Shown here: in pieces, positions 28,855 to 37,959 of the stretch
How positions within the stretch are numbered: the stretch's first letter is position 1
How the letters are laid out: each line of letters begins with the position of its first letter
Origin: a virus
Lineage: Duplodnaviria > Heunggongvirae > Uroviricota > Caudoviricetes
Length of the DNA stretch: 64,000 nucleotides
Direction: 5' to 3' (one strand)
IMG/VR virus record: IMGVR_UViG_3300032116_000060
Coordinates: 39,086-103,085 of that record
The notes under the pieces: generated by a model
What the model was told of the DNA's origin: nothing
Databases searched by the model: none
The model's input: only the letters and a program-made list of their open reading frames with translations
Program-made: the position numbers and the translations under genes

Positions 28855-28888
28855 CTTCAAATATAAGAAAGTTTTTCCAAACTTCCAA
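28855..28888 (-). promoter_or_regulatory. class-A-like motif copy 4 (upstream of the OMP-like gene 28895..29338)
   Basis: CAAATATAAGAAAG...CTTCCAAGC. Confidence 0.35.
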
Positions 28889-28894
28889 GCTTTT

Positions 28895-29338
28895 TTATTT
28901 TAATTTGTAAGATAAACCTAAACCAGGTGTAAAAGTATCTCCTACAATGTTTCCTATCATCCAAAGTTTTAGGTCTTTAGATTTTAGTGGGTTATACCCT
29001 ATGAAGGCATTTACCTTATGCCCATCTGATGTCGGTTGAACACCTGCTCCCGCCATCCATTTATCTTGTGCGATAGTTTTAATCACACCGTATTTCATTT
29101 GGTTGGAAATCGTTCCACTTTTTGGTGATATAAGGTTATTATCGTTGTATTTACTTCCGATAAAAACTCCCCAACCATTTTTAATGTAACCCAAAGTTAG
29201 GTAACCATCTACCGCTTTGTTTGTTGCAGAAGCAAATACCTCCTGCGCTTTCGCATTGATACTTATTCCGAGTACCAAAGCCACTACTAATAATTTTTTC
29301 ATTTGATAGGTGAACCCAAAGAATCCTCTTTTGCCCAC
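28895..29338 (-). CDS. secreted OMP-like small beta-barrel protein
   Basis: signal peptide MKKLLVVALVLGISINAKAQ; C-terminal beta-strand pattern ending LSYKLK. Confidence 0.55.
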   Translation of the reverse strand: MGKRGFFGFTYQMKKLLVVALVLGISINAKAQEVFASATNKAVDGYLTLGYIKNGWGVFIGSKYNDNNLISPKSGTISNQMKYGVIKTIAQDKWMAGAGVQPTSDGHKVNAFIGYNPLKSKDLKLWMIGNIVGDTFTPGLGLSYKLK

Positions 29339-29601
29339 TTTAATTTTAAATCTGAAACCTTTTTGAAAGCAATAATTTTATTATTCAACTTTTCAATTTT
29401 TTTGTTATACTTTTCAACTAATAAATGCTTAGAAGCCGGGTCATCTTCAATTACTTCTACCCATTCAATTTTTCTATTTAAAACTTTTATTTCATTTTTA
29501 AATAATTCAATTGATTTGGTTTCATTCATTATCGAAGGGTCTAACCCAATTCCAATACTATTAAAAAATAATAACATTGATACACTCAATTTTTCAAACA
29601 T
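29299..29601 (-). CDS. hypothetical coiled-coil protein
   Basis: 100-aa ORF; overlaps the downstream gene by 40 nt, so the start is uncertain. Confidence 0.4.
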   Translation of the reverse strand: MFEKLSVSMLLFFNSIGIGLDPSIMNETKSIELFKNEIKVLNRKIEWVEVIEDDPASKHLLVEKYNKKIEKLNNKIIAFKKVSDLKLKWAKEDSLGSPIK

Positions 29602-29657
29602 CTTTTTAAAACCTTATATACATATATATAAGTTTTTTTTATAAAACGTTATTTTTT

Positions 29658-30758
29658 TTACTTTTGAATAAAATGTTTTTCCCGCCTTTTATCCAATTCC
29701 ACTATATCCCTTTTCCCATCTTTATTTACATCTACTAATTTAATCATACAAATCCAACCTTCGGTATATGAATACGGATTATCTATAAATTGAGATGTTA
29801 CATCGGTTGTTTGATTTAGTATTTGAACGCGGTAACCTTTGTAGAATGAAAAATTAATTGGGTCTCCGGTTCTAATTAGTATTAACTCTTCTTTCCCATC
29901 GTTATTTAAATCATAACACAATGCATCTATGATTACACCGAATCCAATTTTATCTTCATTTAAAGTAATAGAGTTTTCTTCGGTAAAGATTCCACTTTTG
30001 CTACCATACATAATCCTTGTCAATGCAATTTGTGATTTATCTTTTAATATAGCGTATTCATGTCCAAAGAAGATTACATCATTTATACCATCACTATTGA
30101 AATCATCAATCAATGCACCTACATAATGTGAATCTTTATATGAAGAAGGAATTACATTTGGAGTTTCTATTAACTCTCCTCCAACATTTTTAAAATAAGA
30201 TACTGAACCCGCTGTGCAAATAATTAAATCATTATCACCATCTCCATCTAAATCACCAGCAGTTCCTAAATGCCAGAAATCTTGCTTAGTATTTAGTTTT
30301 TTAGTTTCAAATTGATTATTCCCTCTATTGATAAAAACATAGGGAACTTCACCAGGATTAAATTGTAATCGCTCATCGTTGTGGGCCAATACAACGAAAT
30401 CTAAAAGATTATCACCATTAATATCGAAAGGTATAATTGAACGGGCAAAGATGAATGAAACATTTGGTATTTTGTATGATTCATATATGCCTTTTTTGTA
30501 TATCCTAATGAATACATCTCCATCAATATAAATTACATCATCCTCACCATCATTATTCAAATCCGCATAACCAATCAATCCCTTACCATTAAAATTATCC
30601 CATCTAGTCGATGTTAATCTAACTTCGTTTGATGTAAGAGTATCGTATCGGAATTCCTTTGGTTTAACTGAATTAATTAAAGGAGGTTGTATTGGTAAAA
30701 CATCACTTTTCTCACAACTAAATAAAAGTAGTGATAATGGTATTAGTAGCTTTTTCAT
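29658..30758 (-). CDS. FG-GAP / VCBS-repeat lipoprotein
   Basis: lipoprotein signal (LLLFSCEKS); at least six DxNxDGxxD calcium-binding FG-GAP-like repeats. Confidence 0.7.
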   Translation of the reverse strand: MKKLLIPLSLLLFSCEKSDVLPIQPPLINSVKPKEFRYDTLTSNEVRLTSTRWDNFNGKGLIGYADLNNDGEDDVIYIDGDVFIRIYKKGIYESYKIPNVSFIFARSIIPFDINGDNLLDFVVLAHNDERLQFNPGEVPYVFINRGNNQFETKKLNTKQDFWHLGTAGDLDGDGDNDLIICTAGSVSYFKNVGGELIETPNVIPSSYKDSHYVGALIDDFNSDGINDVIFFGHEYAILKDKSQIALTRIMYGSKSGIFTEENSITLNEDKIGFGVIIDALCYDLNNDGKEELILIRTGDPINFSFYKGYRVQILNQTTDVTSQFIDNPYSYTEGWICMIKLVDVNKDGKRDIVELDKRREKHFIQK

Positions 30759-30761
30759 TTA

Positions 30762-31220
30762 CTACCAACTAGAATGGTATTCAAAATCATCTGCTGATTC
30801 ATCTGAAAGGCAATCTTCCAAAATTTCAATAGTATTATCTATATCCTGATAATAGTATTCATCATATTCAGTTCCTCCAAAGAAGAAACCACTTTGAGTA
30901 GGTAATAATGATTCGGCCAAAGAATTATCAGCTTTGATTTTTTTACAAATCTCTAATAATGATGATAACTGCTCTCTACTTACATAATAGTTGCCACAAT
31001 CATCTTCACCTTGTTGTACCGTATCAACAAACCATTGGTGAATCTGATTCGCTTTACGCCAATAACCCGCCTCTTCAATTACATACCTAATCTTTTCAGG
31101 CTTTACTGAACTATCTACTTCACCGCCCTTCTTTACAATAACTTCTTGTTTATGTTCGGGCTTTACCCAATCACCACTCCAAATGTAGTTCTTTTTATAC
31201 AGATACATGTCTAGTCCCAT
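30762..31220 (-). CDS. hypothetical protein
   Basis: 152-aa ORF. Confidence 0.55.
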   Translation of the reverse strand: MGLDMYLYKKNYIWSGDWVKPEHKQEVIVKKGGEVDSSVKPEKIRYVIEEAGYWRKANQIHQWFVDTVQQGEDDCGNYYVSREQLSSLLEICKKIKADNSLAESLLPTQSGFFFGGTEYDEYYYQDIDNTIEILEDCLSDESADDFEYHSSW

Positions 31221-31221
31221 C

Positions 31222-31455
31222 TTAAACTAATTTATTTGTTATTTTTAAAATTGTTTCTTCATCTTCTTTGGATAATCTCCATTTGTTATTGAACAGCTTA
31301 TTCACTTGCTCATTCCACTCATCATCGGTATTTCTAGCTTCACTATCTTTTTTAGCTACATACCCCTCTTGATAAAGTTCATCTGCGAGTTGTTGCTTTT
31401 CATAACTCATCATCCCACATAGGATGTCATCAATGTCAATGTCAATACTTGCCAT
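31222..31455 (-). CDS. hypothetical protein
   Basis: 77-aa ORF. Confidence 0.5.
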   Translation of the reverse strand: MASIDIDIDDILCGMMSYEKQQLADELYQEGYVAKKDSEARNTDDEWNEQVNKLFNNKWRLSKEDEETILKITNKLV

Positions 31456-31465
31456 AATTATTTTT

Positions 31466-31813
31466 TTAAAATTGGTTAAGGTAGCAATTTGCCTTACACA
31501 TAGTTAATAAAAAGATGTGGTTTCTACATTGGGTATCGGCTCTATTCATTGCCAAATACAAATTGTTAGCCACAACTGCCTCCACAAAACCACCACCGGC
31601 GTAAGAGGATTTATCTCTGGTACACATAATCGATACCATTATATCTAAAATGTGGGAACTAACTTCCTCATATCCCCACTCTTTAGCAAATTCAATTGCT
31701 CGCTCTCTACATTGTTCTCTTATATCCATAATTTTATTCATTTCGTTTATTACTTCCATTTCTTCCTCTAACCTATCTGCCAAAACTTCAACATCATAAG
31801 AATCGTATAACAT
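31466..31813 (-). CDS. hypothetical protein
   Basis: 115-aa ORF. Confidence 0.5.
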   Translation of the reverse strand: MLYDSYDVEVLADRLEEEMEVINEMNKIMDIREQCRERAIEFAKEWGYEEVSSHILDIMVSIMCTRDKSSYAGGGFVEAVVANNLYLAMNRADTQCRNHIFLLTMCKANCYLNQF

Positions 31814-31825
31814 AACTTTTATATT

Positions 31826-32197
31826 TTAGTAAATAATATGAATTGGTTCTTTAATCTTCTTGCGCCCACCATTTCGTTTCCCCCAACCTTGATCAGGGTC
31901 TCCTTCACTTCGAGTCGTTGGTATATTGCCGGTGAAATACTTTTCTAAAATCACCGCGATTCCATCACCTTCATTTTTGGTGAACATTAAATCACATACT
32001 TCATTCCAATCCATTTTCCACTCAAATGAATCTTCTTTATCAGCGGTGAACACTCTACCATACGAATCATAATGGCCTCGCATTTCTTCCAATACCTTAC
32101 CATTTTTCAGTAAGTACATGCGAACCGCATCACCATCAAACGAAGATGAAGCAACTGGCAAACCACTCTCTTTACAAATAAAACTGAAACATCCCAT
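31826..32197 (-). CDS. hypothetical protein
   Basis: 123-aa ORF. Confidence 0.5.
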   Translation of the reverse strand: MGCFSFICKESGLPVASSSFDGDAVRMYLLKNGKVLEEMRGHYDSYGRVFTADKEDSFEWKMDWNEVCDLMFTKNEGDGIAVILEKYFTGNIPTTRSEGDPDQGWGKRNGGRKKIKEPIHIIY

Positions 32198-32232
32198 AAC
32201 TTTTATATTTTATATTTTAAAAAATTTATTTA

Positions 32233-32592
32233 TTACAATCCTTGCTCTCTACGCAAATCATATTCTTCCTTTTCGATTTCCGAATACTCTACCACTTTAA
32301 GGTAAGGTTGAAATTTAGTTTCATAATAACCTCTAAGGTTAGCGAAACTAATCATTGAATCAATGAACGATTTACGAACATATGTCATATCTGATGAACC
32401 AAACCCTTGATCCTCTGGCCAATCCGAATAATCTTCAGCCACATCATTAAGGGCCTCATACACTGCATCGGAGTAAGTAATTACTCTCTTTGTAAACTGT
32501 CCCTCAACGGGAAAAGCGTTTCTAACTACATCGAATCCTTCGATTAACGAAGCCGATGCTAATACTGAATTAAGGTTGAACGGTAAACTCAT
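32233..32592 (-). CDS. hypothetical protein
   Basis: 119-aa ORF; class-B promoter at 32609-32652. Confidence 0.55.
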   Translation of the reverse strand: MSLPFNLNSVLASASLIEGFDVVRNAFPVEGQFTKRVITYSDAVYEALNDVAEDYSDWPEDQGFGSSDMTYVRKSFIDSMISFANLRGYYETKFQPYLKVVEYSEIEKEEYDLRREQGL

Positions 32593-32608
32593 AGTTTCTA
32601 TCTCTTTT

Positions 32609-32652
32609 GATTACATAATAAAGGTAGTAAATAAATTTGGATTTTCCAAGCC
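32609..32652 (-). promoter_or_regulatory. class-B motif
   Basis: GATTACATAATAAAGGTAGTAAA ... TTGGATTTTCCAAGCC. Confidence 0.45.
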
Positions 32653-32696
32653 TTTTTGAATAATTCTTTGAAAATTTTTTATTGATTATCAATGAG

Positions 32697-33155
32697 TTAG
32701 ACCATTGGAAATCCAGCGGCTGAATTAGTGGTTGAACGATTTGATACCGAAACTGCTAATGCATCCATAGATGCCCCCATAGGTGCTTTGATTACAGGAG
32801 CCCATCCTTTGGAGTGATTACTGAAATAGGGTTTAATTCTATTGTTTATACTCATTGGGGATGGGTTACCCATACTATCCCAATAACTCTCCCATTTCTC
32901 AGGTAATACCCCTTCTTTGATGTAAACAAAGGGTGAATCCCCAATCATTCCTGTTGTGGTTATATCTTTATTAGAAACCTTACGGAAGATGTTTTTGCGG
33001 TTCTCTCTATCTACCTCAATAAACAATACCGAGCGTGCCTTAACCTTACAAACTTTAAGGATTTTAGTTCCCTTTTTACCATCTTTGGAAACTACCACGT
33101 GAACCATTTGACCAATTAAATTTTCCATATTTTCGGATTTTAAGAGTTTAACCAC
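32697..33155 (-). CDS. hypothetical protein
   Basis: 152-aa ORF. Confidence 0.5.
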   Translation of the reverse strand: MVKLLKSENMENLIGQMVHVVVSKDGKKGTKILKVCKVKARSVLFIEVDRENRKNIFRKVSNKDITTTGMIGDSPFVYIKEGVLPEKWESYWDSMGNPSPMSINNRIKPYFSNHSKGWAPVIKAPMGASMDALAVSVSNRSTTNSAAGFPMV

Positions 33156-33379
33156 ATATCGTAAACAAAATCATAAGGTTTGTTTAGTTGAGTTGCTAAT
33201 TCTTCAAAACATCTTTCTCTGATAACACTATCACTAACACCAATATATTCGTAAACATCATGTCCACCAAATAATTCGGTAACTAAACCAGCAAAAGTAG
33301 CGTTTTCATTAATTTCTACACCCAATTCATCAGTTGGGTAGTTGTTCAAATAAAATTCTCTAATAGTCATATCTCTCAT
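33140..33379 (-). CDS. hypothetical protein
   Basis: 79-aa ORF; class-B promoter plus perfect hairpin at 33383-33427. Confidence 0.5.
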   Translation of the reverse strand: MRDMTIREFYLNNYPTDELGVEINENATFAGLVTELFGGHDVYEYIGVSDSVIRERCFEELATQLNKPYDFVYDMWLNS

Positions 33380-33382
33380 TTT

Positions 33383-33427
33383 TTATTACATAGTAAAGAT
33401 AAAAAAAAGACTTGGAAATTCCAAGTC
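33383..33427 (-). promoter_or_regulatory. class-B motif with a perfect 8-bp hairpin GACTTGGA-AAT-TCCAAGTC followed by T8 on the coding strand (terminator/promoter fusion)
   Basis: TTATTACATAGTAAAGAT AAAAAAAA GACTTGGAAATTCCAAGTC. Confidence 0.5.
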
Positions 33428-33464
33428 TTTTTGTAATTATTTTAAAAAATTAAATAATTGATTA

Positions 33465-33833
33465 TCAGTTACTTATGTATTTTTTTATAACTGATGGTAT
33501 GATTTTAAAACAAAGCCCTAATCCAATAATAAACAATAGGATAGCTAACCATCTGGTATTAGTTTCGAATAACTCAGAAGCCATCCAAAATGTATTCCCA
33601 CTCAACCAACACCCTAATATGATGTTTTCTATCTTCTTAATTCCCGATGTATATCCTACCAAAATTAGGGAAATAAGAATTGTTGGAATGGCGAATAAGA
33701 GACTAATCCAACCAAACCCCAAAAACCAAGCAAAATCCTTTATAATCCATAAGGGAAAGTGTAATGATTCTATGAGAGATTTTAGTTTATACATTAAAAA
33801 TATTTCTTTATTAATCTTGCTCCCTCTATCCAT
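33465..33833 (-). CDS. membrane protein
   Basis: 122 aa, three or four TM helices; preferred over the overlapping plus-strand ORF. Confidence 0.45.
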   Translation of the reverse strand: MDRGSKINKEIFLMYKLKSLIESLHFPLWIIKDFAWFLGFGWISLLFAIPTILISLILVGYTSGIKKIENIILGCWLSGNTFWMASELFETNTRWLAILLFIIGLGLCFKIIPSVIKKYISN

Positions 33834-34639
33834 TTTTTTCCGATGGGATTGTAAATTGGTAATCTTAAAAATGTATCAATAGCCTTTCTAACCTCTGGTT
33901 GTAATGGTTTAGCCGCTGCTACTGTTTTTCCAGTTTTCTTATGTTTGAAAGTGTAGTTACCTTTTTTATATTCAGTATTATCAACAATCATAAATTTATT
34001 ACCACCTCCGAATAATTGTTGAAACTTACCTAAATTTTCCTGGCACTCTTTCCAACTTTGAGTTACTAATTCCTCACCCAAAGTTCTACCTCTTTCTGAA
34101 TTTCTAATAAGAGCTACTTCTAATGATGTATTTACGAATACCATATAGGTATCATATCCTAATGCTTCTGCTTCTTTCTTTTGTCTTGCAACTTTATCAT
34201 AGTTGTCACCAGTTCCATCGATAATCATACCCAATCTACCGGCTTCATAAAATTCCTTAAATTTAGCTACTTGTTTTTTAGCGGTTTCTCTTGGCCCTTG
34301 TGGATTCTTTGTAATAAAATCCCATAATTCGGGTTCTTCCTTTTCTATTTTTGCTAAATCTTTTGGATTAATTCCATGCTTTTTAAGTTGGGCTTCAAAT
34401 GCAGGGTCTGAATTGACTACTTTAAGACCGGATGCCGCAACTGATGTTCGAAGATTTTTATCTATTCCAAAAATTTCTTGTGCTACAAATGATTTACCAC
34501 TACCAGGTCCACCTGCCATAAAGATACATTTAAGTATACCAGGATCATCAACTCCCTCCAATACTAACTGCTCTAAAAGTTCAGCCTCTAATAAAGCCAC
34601 TTCATCTACAATATTCTTAAACTCTTTAAGTAATTCCAT
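33794..34639 (-). CDS. P-loop NTPase / kinase-like protein
   Basis: Walker A FMAGGPGSGKS; size matches nucleotide or polynucleotide kinases. Confidence 0.55.
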   Translation of the reverse strand: MELLKEFKNIVDEVALLEAELLEQLVLEGVDDPGILKCIFMAGGPGSGKSFVAQEIFGIDKNLRTSVAASGLKVVNSDPAFEAQLKKHGINPKDLAKIEKEEPELWDFITKNPQGPRETAKKQVAKFKEFYEAGRLGMIIDGTGDNYDKVARQKKEAEALGYDTYMVFVNTSLEVALIRNSERGRTLGEELVTQSWKECQENLGKFQQLFGGGNKFMIVDNTEYKKGNYTFKHKKTGKTVAAAKPLQPEVRKAIDTFLRLPIYNPIGKKWIEGARLIKKYF

Positions 34640-34679
34640 TTATTATCTTTTCTATAAATATAATATAAAAAAGAAAGGA

Positions 34680-34859
34680 TTATTCTTCGATGGGTTTAAT
34701 GAATTGTTTTTTCACCGATACCATTACATCTCTAACCTCTCTTAATCTTTGTGATGCAGCCCATTTAGGTTCTCCATCTTTCATTTTTCGTATTCTTTGC
34801 ATTAAAACACTTTCCGCTTTTTGCAACACCTCTAATGGGTAAAAATTGTTTTCTTCCAT
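34680..34859 (-). CDS. small hypothetical protein
   Basis: 59-aa ORF filling the gap; ATG at 34857-34859 abuts the upstream stop. Confidence 0.35.
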   Translation of the reverse strand: MEENNFYPLEVLQKAESVLMQRIRKMKDGEPKWAASQRLREVRDVMVSVKKQFIKPIEE

Positions 34860-35171
34860 TTAATCTATGTTTTCGTTAAATAATTTTCTAGCTTCTTCTT
34901 CCTCTTCCGCTGTTGGGAAATAAGTTGATTTATAGTATTCATCATCATATACTACATCTTCCACAAATAAACTTTCGGAAAGGTCTTCTACTGATTCAAT
35001 CTTCCAAACTTTTTGAATACAATCTCCTAATAAATCAGTAGGTGATGCAATTGCATAATTTATTCTACCATGTCTATCGAGGATTTCAAAGATTACTTCC
35101 TCATCGTTAAGAGTAATTTCAGCATCACTACATTTGTATTCGATGTAGTCGATAATAATTGATTTTTCCAT
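34860..35171 (-). CDS. hypothetical acidic protein
   Basis: 103-aa ORF. Confidence 0.5.
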   Translation of the reverse strand: MEKSIIIDYIEYKCSDAEITLNDEEVIFEILDRHGRINYAIASPTDLLGDCIQKVWKIESVEDLSESLFVEDVVYDDEYYKSTYFPTAEEEEEARKLFNENID

Positions 35172-35172
35172 A

Positions 35173-35349
35173 TTACATTATTTGATTTTTATCATTTTCG
35201 TTTTCATCTTTGTTTTCTCCCCAATTTAAGAAATCTTCACCTTTATAATCAGGATGGTTTTCTTTCATATAATCTATTGCCTTAACCCATCTCCAAGAGA
35301 TTATTGCTACAATAGTTAAAATAATTGCGAAAGCCGGTAAGTATTCCAT
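35173..35349 (-). CDS. small membrane protein
   Basis: 58-aa ORF with a TM helix (ATG 35347-35349, stop 35173-35175). Confidence 0.35.
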   Translation of the reverse strand: MEYLPAFAIILTIVAIISWRWVKAIDYMKENHPDYKGEDFLNWGENKDENENDKNQIM

Positions 35350-35361
35350 TTTTGATATAAG

Positions 35362-35787
35362 TTATTTTCCTGTTGAACCGAAACCACCCTCACCTCTTTC
35401 AGTATTCGATAATTCATCAACTTCAACGAATTCAATAGGAGGATATGGGATAATAAGAATTTGGCAAACTCTATCACCTATATTATAAGAAATAGAATCA
35501 AGACCATTTGATTTATTAAAAGTTGCTTGCAGTTCTCCTCTATATCCACTATCAATTACCCCCACACAATTACTTAATGTGAGTTCTGTATTTCGTATTG
35601 AAGAACGAGGGAATACTAGTCCAACAAACCCTTCGGGTATTTCCAAAGCAATACCCAATCCATAAGTAATTTGAAATGTAGTATTTTCTTTAATGTTCGT
35701 TGCTACCAAATCTAAACCCGCATCTCCTATTTTAGAGTATTTTGGGATTACTGCATCTTTATCTAATCTTTTAATTTTTACATTCAT
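35362..35787 (-). CDS. dut: dUTP diphosphatase (dUTPase)
   Basis: all five dUTPase motifs (AGLDL, RSS, GVIDSGYRGE, GDRVCQ, RGEGGFGSTG). Confidence 0.85.
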   Translation of the reverse strand: MNVKIKRLDKDAVIPKYSKIGDAGLDLVATNIKENTTFQITYGLGIALEIPEGFVGLVFPRSSIRNTELTLSNCVGVIDSGYRGELQATFNKSNGLDSISYNIGDRVCQILIIPYPPIEFVEVDELSNTERGEGGFGSTGK

Positions 35788-35890
35788 TTAATTAAATTTA
35801 AACTGTGCAAGAATAACACAATACCCAAAATAGTATTGCTGCTGTAAGTGCTAAGAATTTTGTTTTATAGTTTTTCATTTTTTATTTGTT

Positions 35891-36457
35891 TTAATCCCAC
35901 CAACCCCTCATATCAGTTCCATCGTATGCCCATCCAAATTTCTTTGAATTTTTAGTTCCTTTAATTATTTCCCAAAGCTCTTTCCATTCTTTTTCCTGAA
36001 TTTCATTTGCTCTTTTGAAAACCGCTTTGTTATGTTCCTTTTGTTCCGGAGTATCCTTATCAATCAGTAATCCATTTTCATCAACTTCCCACTCCCACTC
36101 ACTTAAATTTCCCAATTCAGCCTGTGCTCTATCCAAATAATTATCTTCTCTATTATTACGAAGTAGCTCTAATGCCCTTTGCATAGCTACCAACTTTGAT
36201 TCTCTACTCTGATGGGCCTCAATACCCTTTTCCCTAATCCCCTTTTCTAAAATTGAAAGTGATTTTTCTAACATATTTAGAGTGTATCGATAATCCCACC
36301 ATTGGTGATTATATAACTCCCTACGAAATCTCCATACATTCTTAAAGAATAGTGGTATATCATATCTAAAAGTTGCATAAAAACGATATAACCAATGTTC
36401 ATGCCACATTAATCTTCTCAATGAATGTGTAAACGAATCAGTAATTTTTATATCCAT
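35891..36457 (-). CDS. hypothetical protein
   Basis: 188-aa Trp/Glu-rich ORF. Confidence 0.55.
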   Translation of the reverse strand: MDIKITDSFTHSLRRLMWHEHWLYRFYATFRYDIPLFFKNVWRFRRELYNHQWWDYRYTLNMLEKSLSILEKGIREKGIEAHQSRESKLVAMQRALELLRNNREDNYLDRAQAELGNLSEWEWEVDENGLLIDKDTPEQKEHNKAVFKRANEIQEKEWKELWEIIKGTKNSKKFGWAYDGTDMRGWWD

Positions 36458-36597
36458 TATTGTTTTTTTAATAAATCTTTAAATCTTTTGGCCTTTTTTA
36501 TTATTTTTCCCGTTTGTTCATCCATATGGGGTGCTCTCCACATTTCGTATGCTATCCAAATCCATAACAAAATAAACACAAAAATAAATCCCTTCAT
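36457..36597 (-). CDS. small membrane protein (start moved to the internal ATG downstream of the promoter box)
   Basis: the ORF-track start at 36642 would place the class-A box (36611-36626) inside the CDS; ATG at 36595-36597 gives a 46-aa TM protein. Confidence 0.35.
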   Translation of the reverse strand: MKGFIFVFILLWIWIAYEMWRAPHMDEQTGKIIKKAKRFKDLLKKQ

Positions 36598-36610
36598 GCC
36601 AAATAATTTA

Positions 36611-36626
36611 TCAAATATACGAAAAA
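36611..36626 (-). promoter_or_regulatory. class-A promoter box
   Basis: CAAATATACGAAAAAT. Confidence 0.4.
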
Positions 36627-36635
36627 TATTTGATT

Positions 36636-36896
36636 TTACCAAAACTTTTTATTAACTCCTAACTTACCCTCTTTCGCCAATTCTAATGTTGATTTAGTTT
36701 TTTCCAACTTAGCTTCCTTTTGCCTCTTTTGGAAAGCCTTTTCATAGTGAGGGGGGAATTTATTTTCTACCGAAATAGGCCCATTTGGAAACTTATCTAA
36801 ATCGTATTTCCATATTGATTCTACCCCATCATCATCTTTATAGATATGCTGAAACTTACGAGGTTTTTCAGTTGATTTTTCAGGCCATCTACTCAT
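36636..36896 (-). CDS. hypothetical protein
   Basis: 86-aa ORF; class-A promoter 20 nt upstream. Confidence 0.5.
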   Translation of the reverse strand: MSRWPEKSTEKPRKFQHIYKDDDGVESIWKYDLDKFPNGPISVENKFPPHYEKAFQKRQKEAKLEKTKSTLELAKEGKLGVNKKFW

Positions 36897-36914
36897 ACTA
36901 ATACTTTTAAGTAA

Positions 36915-36950
36915 TTACAAATATACGAAAAAAAAGTGTAAATTCCAAAT
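36915..36950 (-). promoter_or_regulatory. class-A promoter box
   Basis: TTACAAATATACGAAAAAAAA...AATTCCAAAT. Confidence 0.4.
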
Positions 36951-37086
36951 AAAAAACCCCTATATAATTAAGGGGTTGATTATTAAGTTTTCTTTTTAAA
37001 GATTCCTTTTCTTTGTTGTTCTCTACGGGTCTTTTTAGCAATCCTTTTACGATTTGCATTTACCTTTTGTCTTTTTGTTTGTGCCA

Positions 37087-37959
37087 TTATTTTAATTTTT
37101 CATATAAATACTCAGCATATTTTTTATTACCAAAATAACCTAAATGGGCATCATAAACTGGCGTTTCATCCAATATTCTCCACTTTTTCTTTTCTGCTAA
37201 ATTCCATATGGTAGGTAAATTAATTACATTTTCATTTGTGGAATCAAATAGTTTTAGTTTTTTAATTAGCTCAGCCGTATTGTTTCTATCCCCAAAATTA
37301 ATAGAACTTGCAAAAATAGTTTCATTTGGGTCTCTAATGTATGAGATTTTTAATTTATCTAAAAATGAATAAAACATTGTTAATTGTCTTAATAATCTTT
37401 TCGTCTCTACATCATAATCAATATAGAAATCAACAATCTTATTTAGTAATTCATCATTCTCTTTTAGTTCCTCAAATGTTATGGTTGAATGTAGGCTAGA
37501 AAAATCTCTACTGAATGATACTTTTGAAAACCAGGAATCATGCCAATCTCTACTAATTTCAATTTCATCATATTGATTTACATCACTACCTCCTTTGTAA
37601 GAAATGGAAACGGCAAAATAATCGCTATGTTTTCGGGAATAGACCTCAAATCTGGCAGGTTGTAATGGTATATCAAATATGAAAAGGATTTTAGATAGCT
37701 CTTCTAATGTTTTAGTGCTGATGAAATCATATGTTTTTCTTATCAATCTATCTAACCCACCACCCTCTTTTGCTTCGTTAATAACTTCTAAATTCATCAT
37801 CGAACCTAATATGTTTCCATAGGATAGTTCTTTTTGAGTAGCCCAATTTTCTATATCTAATTCAGTTGTATAATACCTCCACGCTGCCGATTGGTATCCC
37901 AATGCCCCTCCACAGCTTAGACTACTTCCATTAATATATAATTGAGTGTATTTATTCAT
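37087..37959 (-). CDS. SGNH-hydrolase-like protein with variant block I (GSS instead of GDS)
   Basis: N-terminal YINGSSLSCGG and C-terminal DAHLGYFG (DxxH block V-like). Confidence 0.4.
   Translation of the reverse strand: MNKYTQLYINGSSLSCGGALGYQSAAWRYYTTELDIENWATQKELSYGNILGSMMNLEVINEAKEGGGLDRLIRKTYDFISTKTLEELSKILFIFDIPLQPARFEVYSRKHSDYFAVSISYKGGSDVNQYDEIEISRDWHDSWFSKVSFSRDFSSLHSTITFEELKENDELLNKIVDFYIDYDVETKRLLRQLTMFYSFLDKLKISYIRDPNETIFASSINFGDRNNTAELIKKLKLFDSTNENVINLPTIWNLAEKKKWRILDETPVYDAHLGYFGNKKYAEYLYEKLK

Noticed and set aside
28381-28888. CRISPR-like reading of the repeated about 35-nt motifs
   Set aside because: The repeats are imperfect with variable spacing of 100-230 nt, and the same motif occurs singly at about 14 other intergenic sites next to start codons. 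They are promoter or terminator elements, not a CRISPR array
33409-33427. CTTGGAA-TTCCAAG palindrome interpreted purely as a repressor operator
   Set aside because: Rejected only as the sole interpretation. In several copies the palindrome is directly followed by a T-run on the coding strand, which is classic intrinsic-terminator geometry, and other copies (for example 55623-55636) are not palindromic. The operator idea is kept only as a secondary hypothesis
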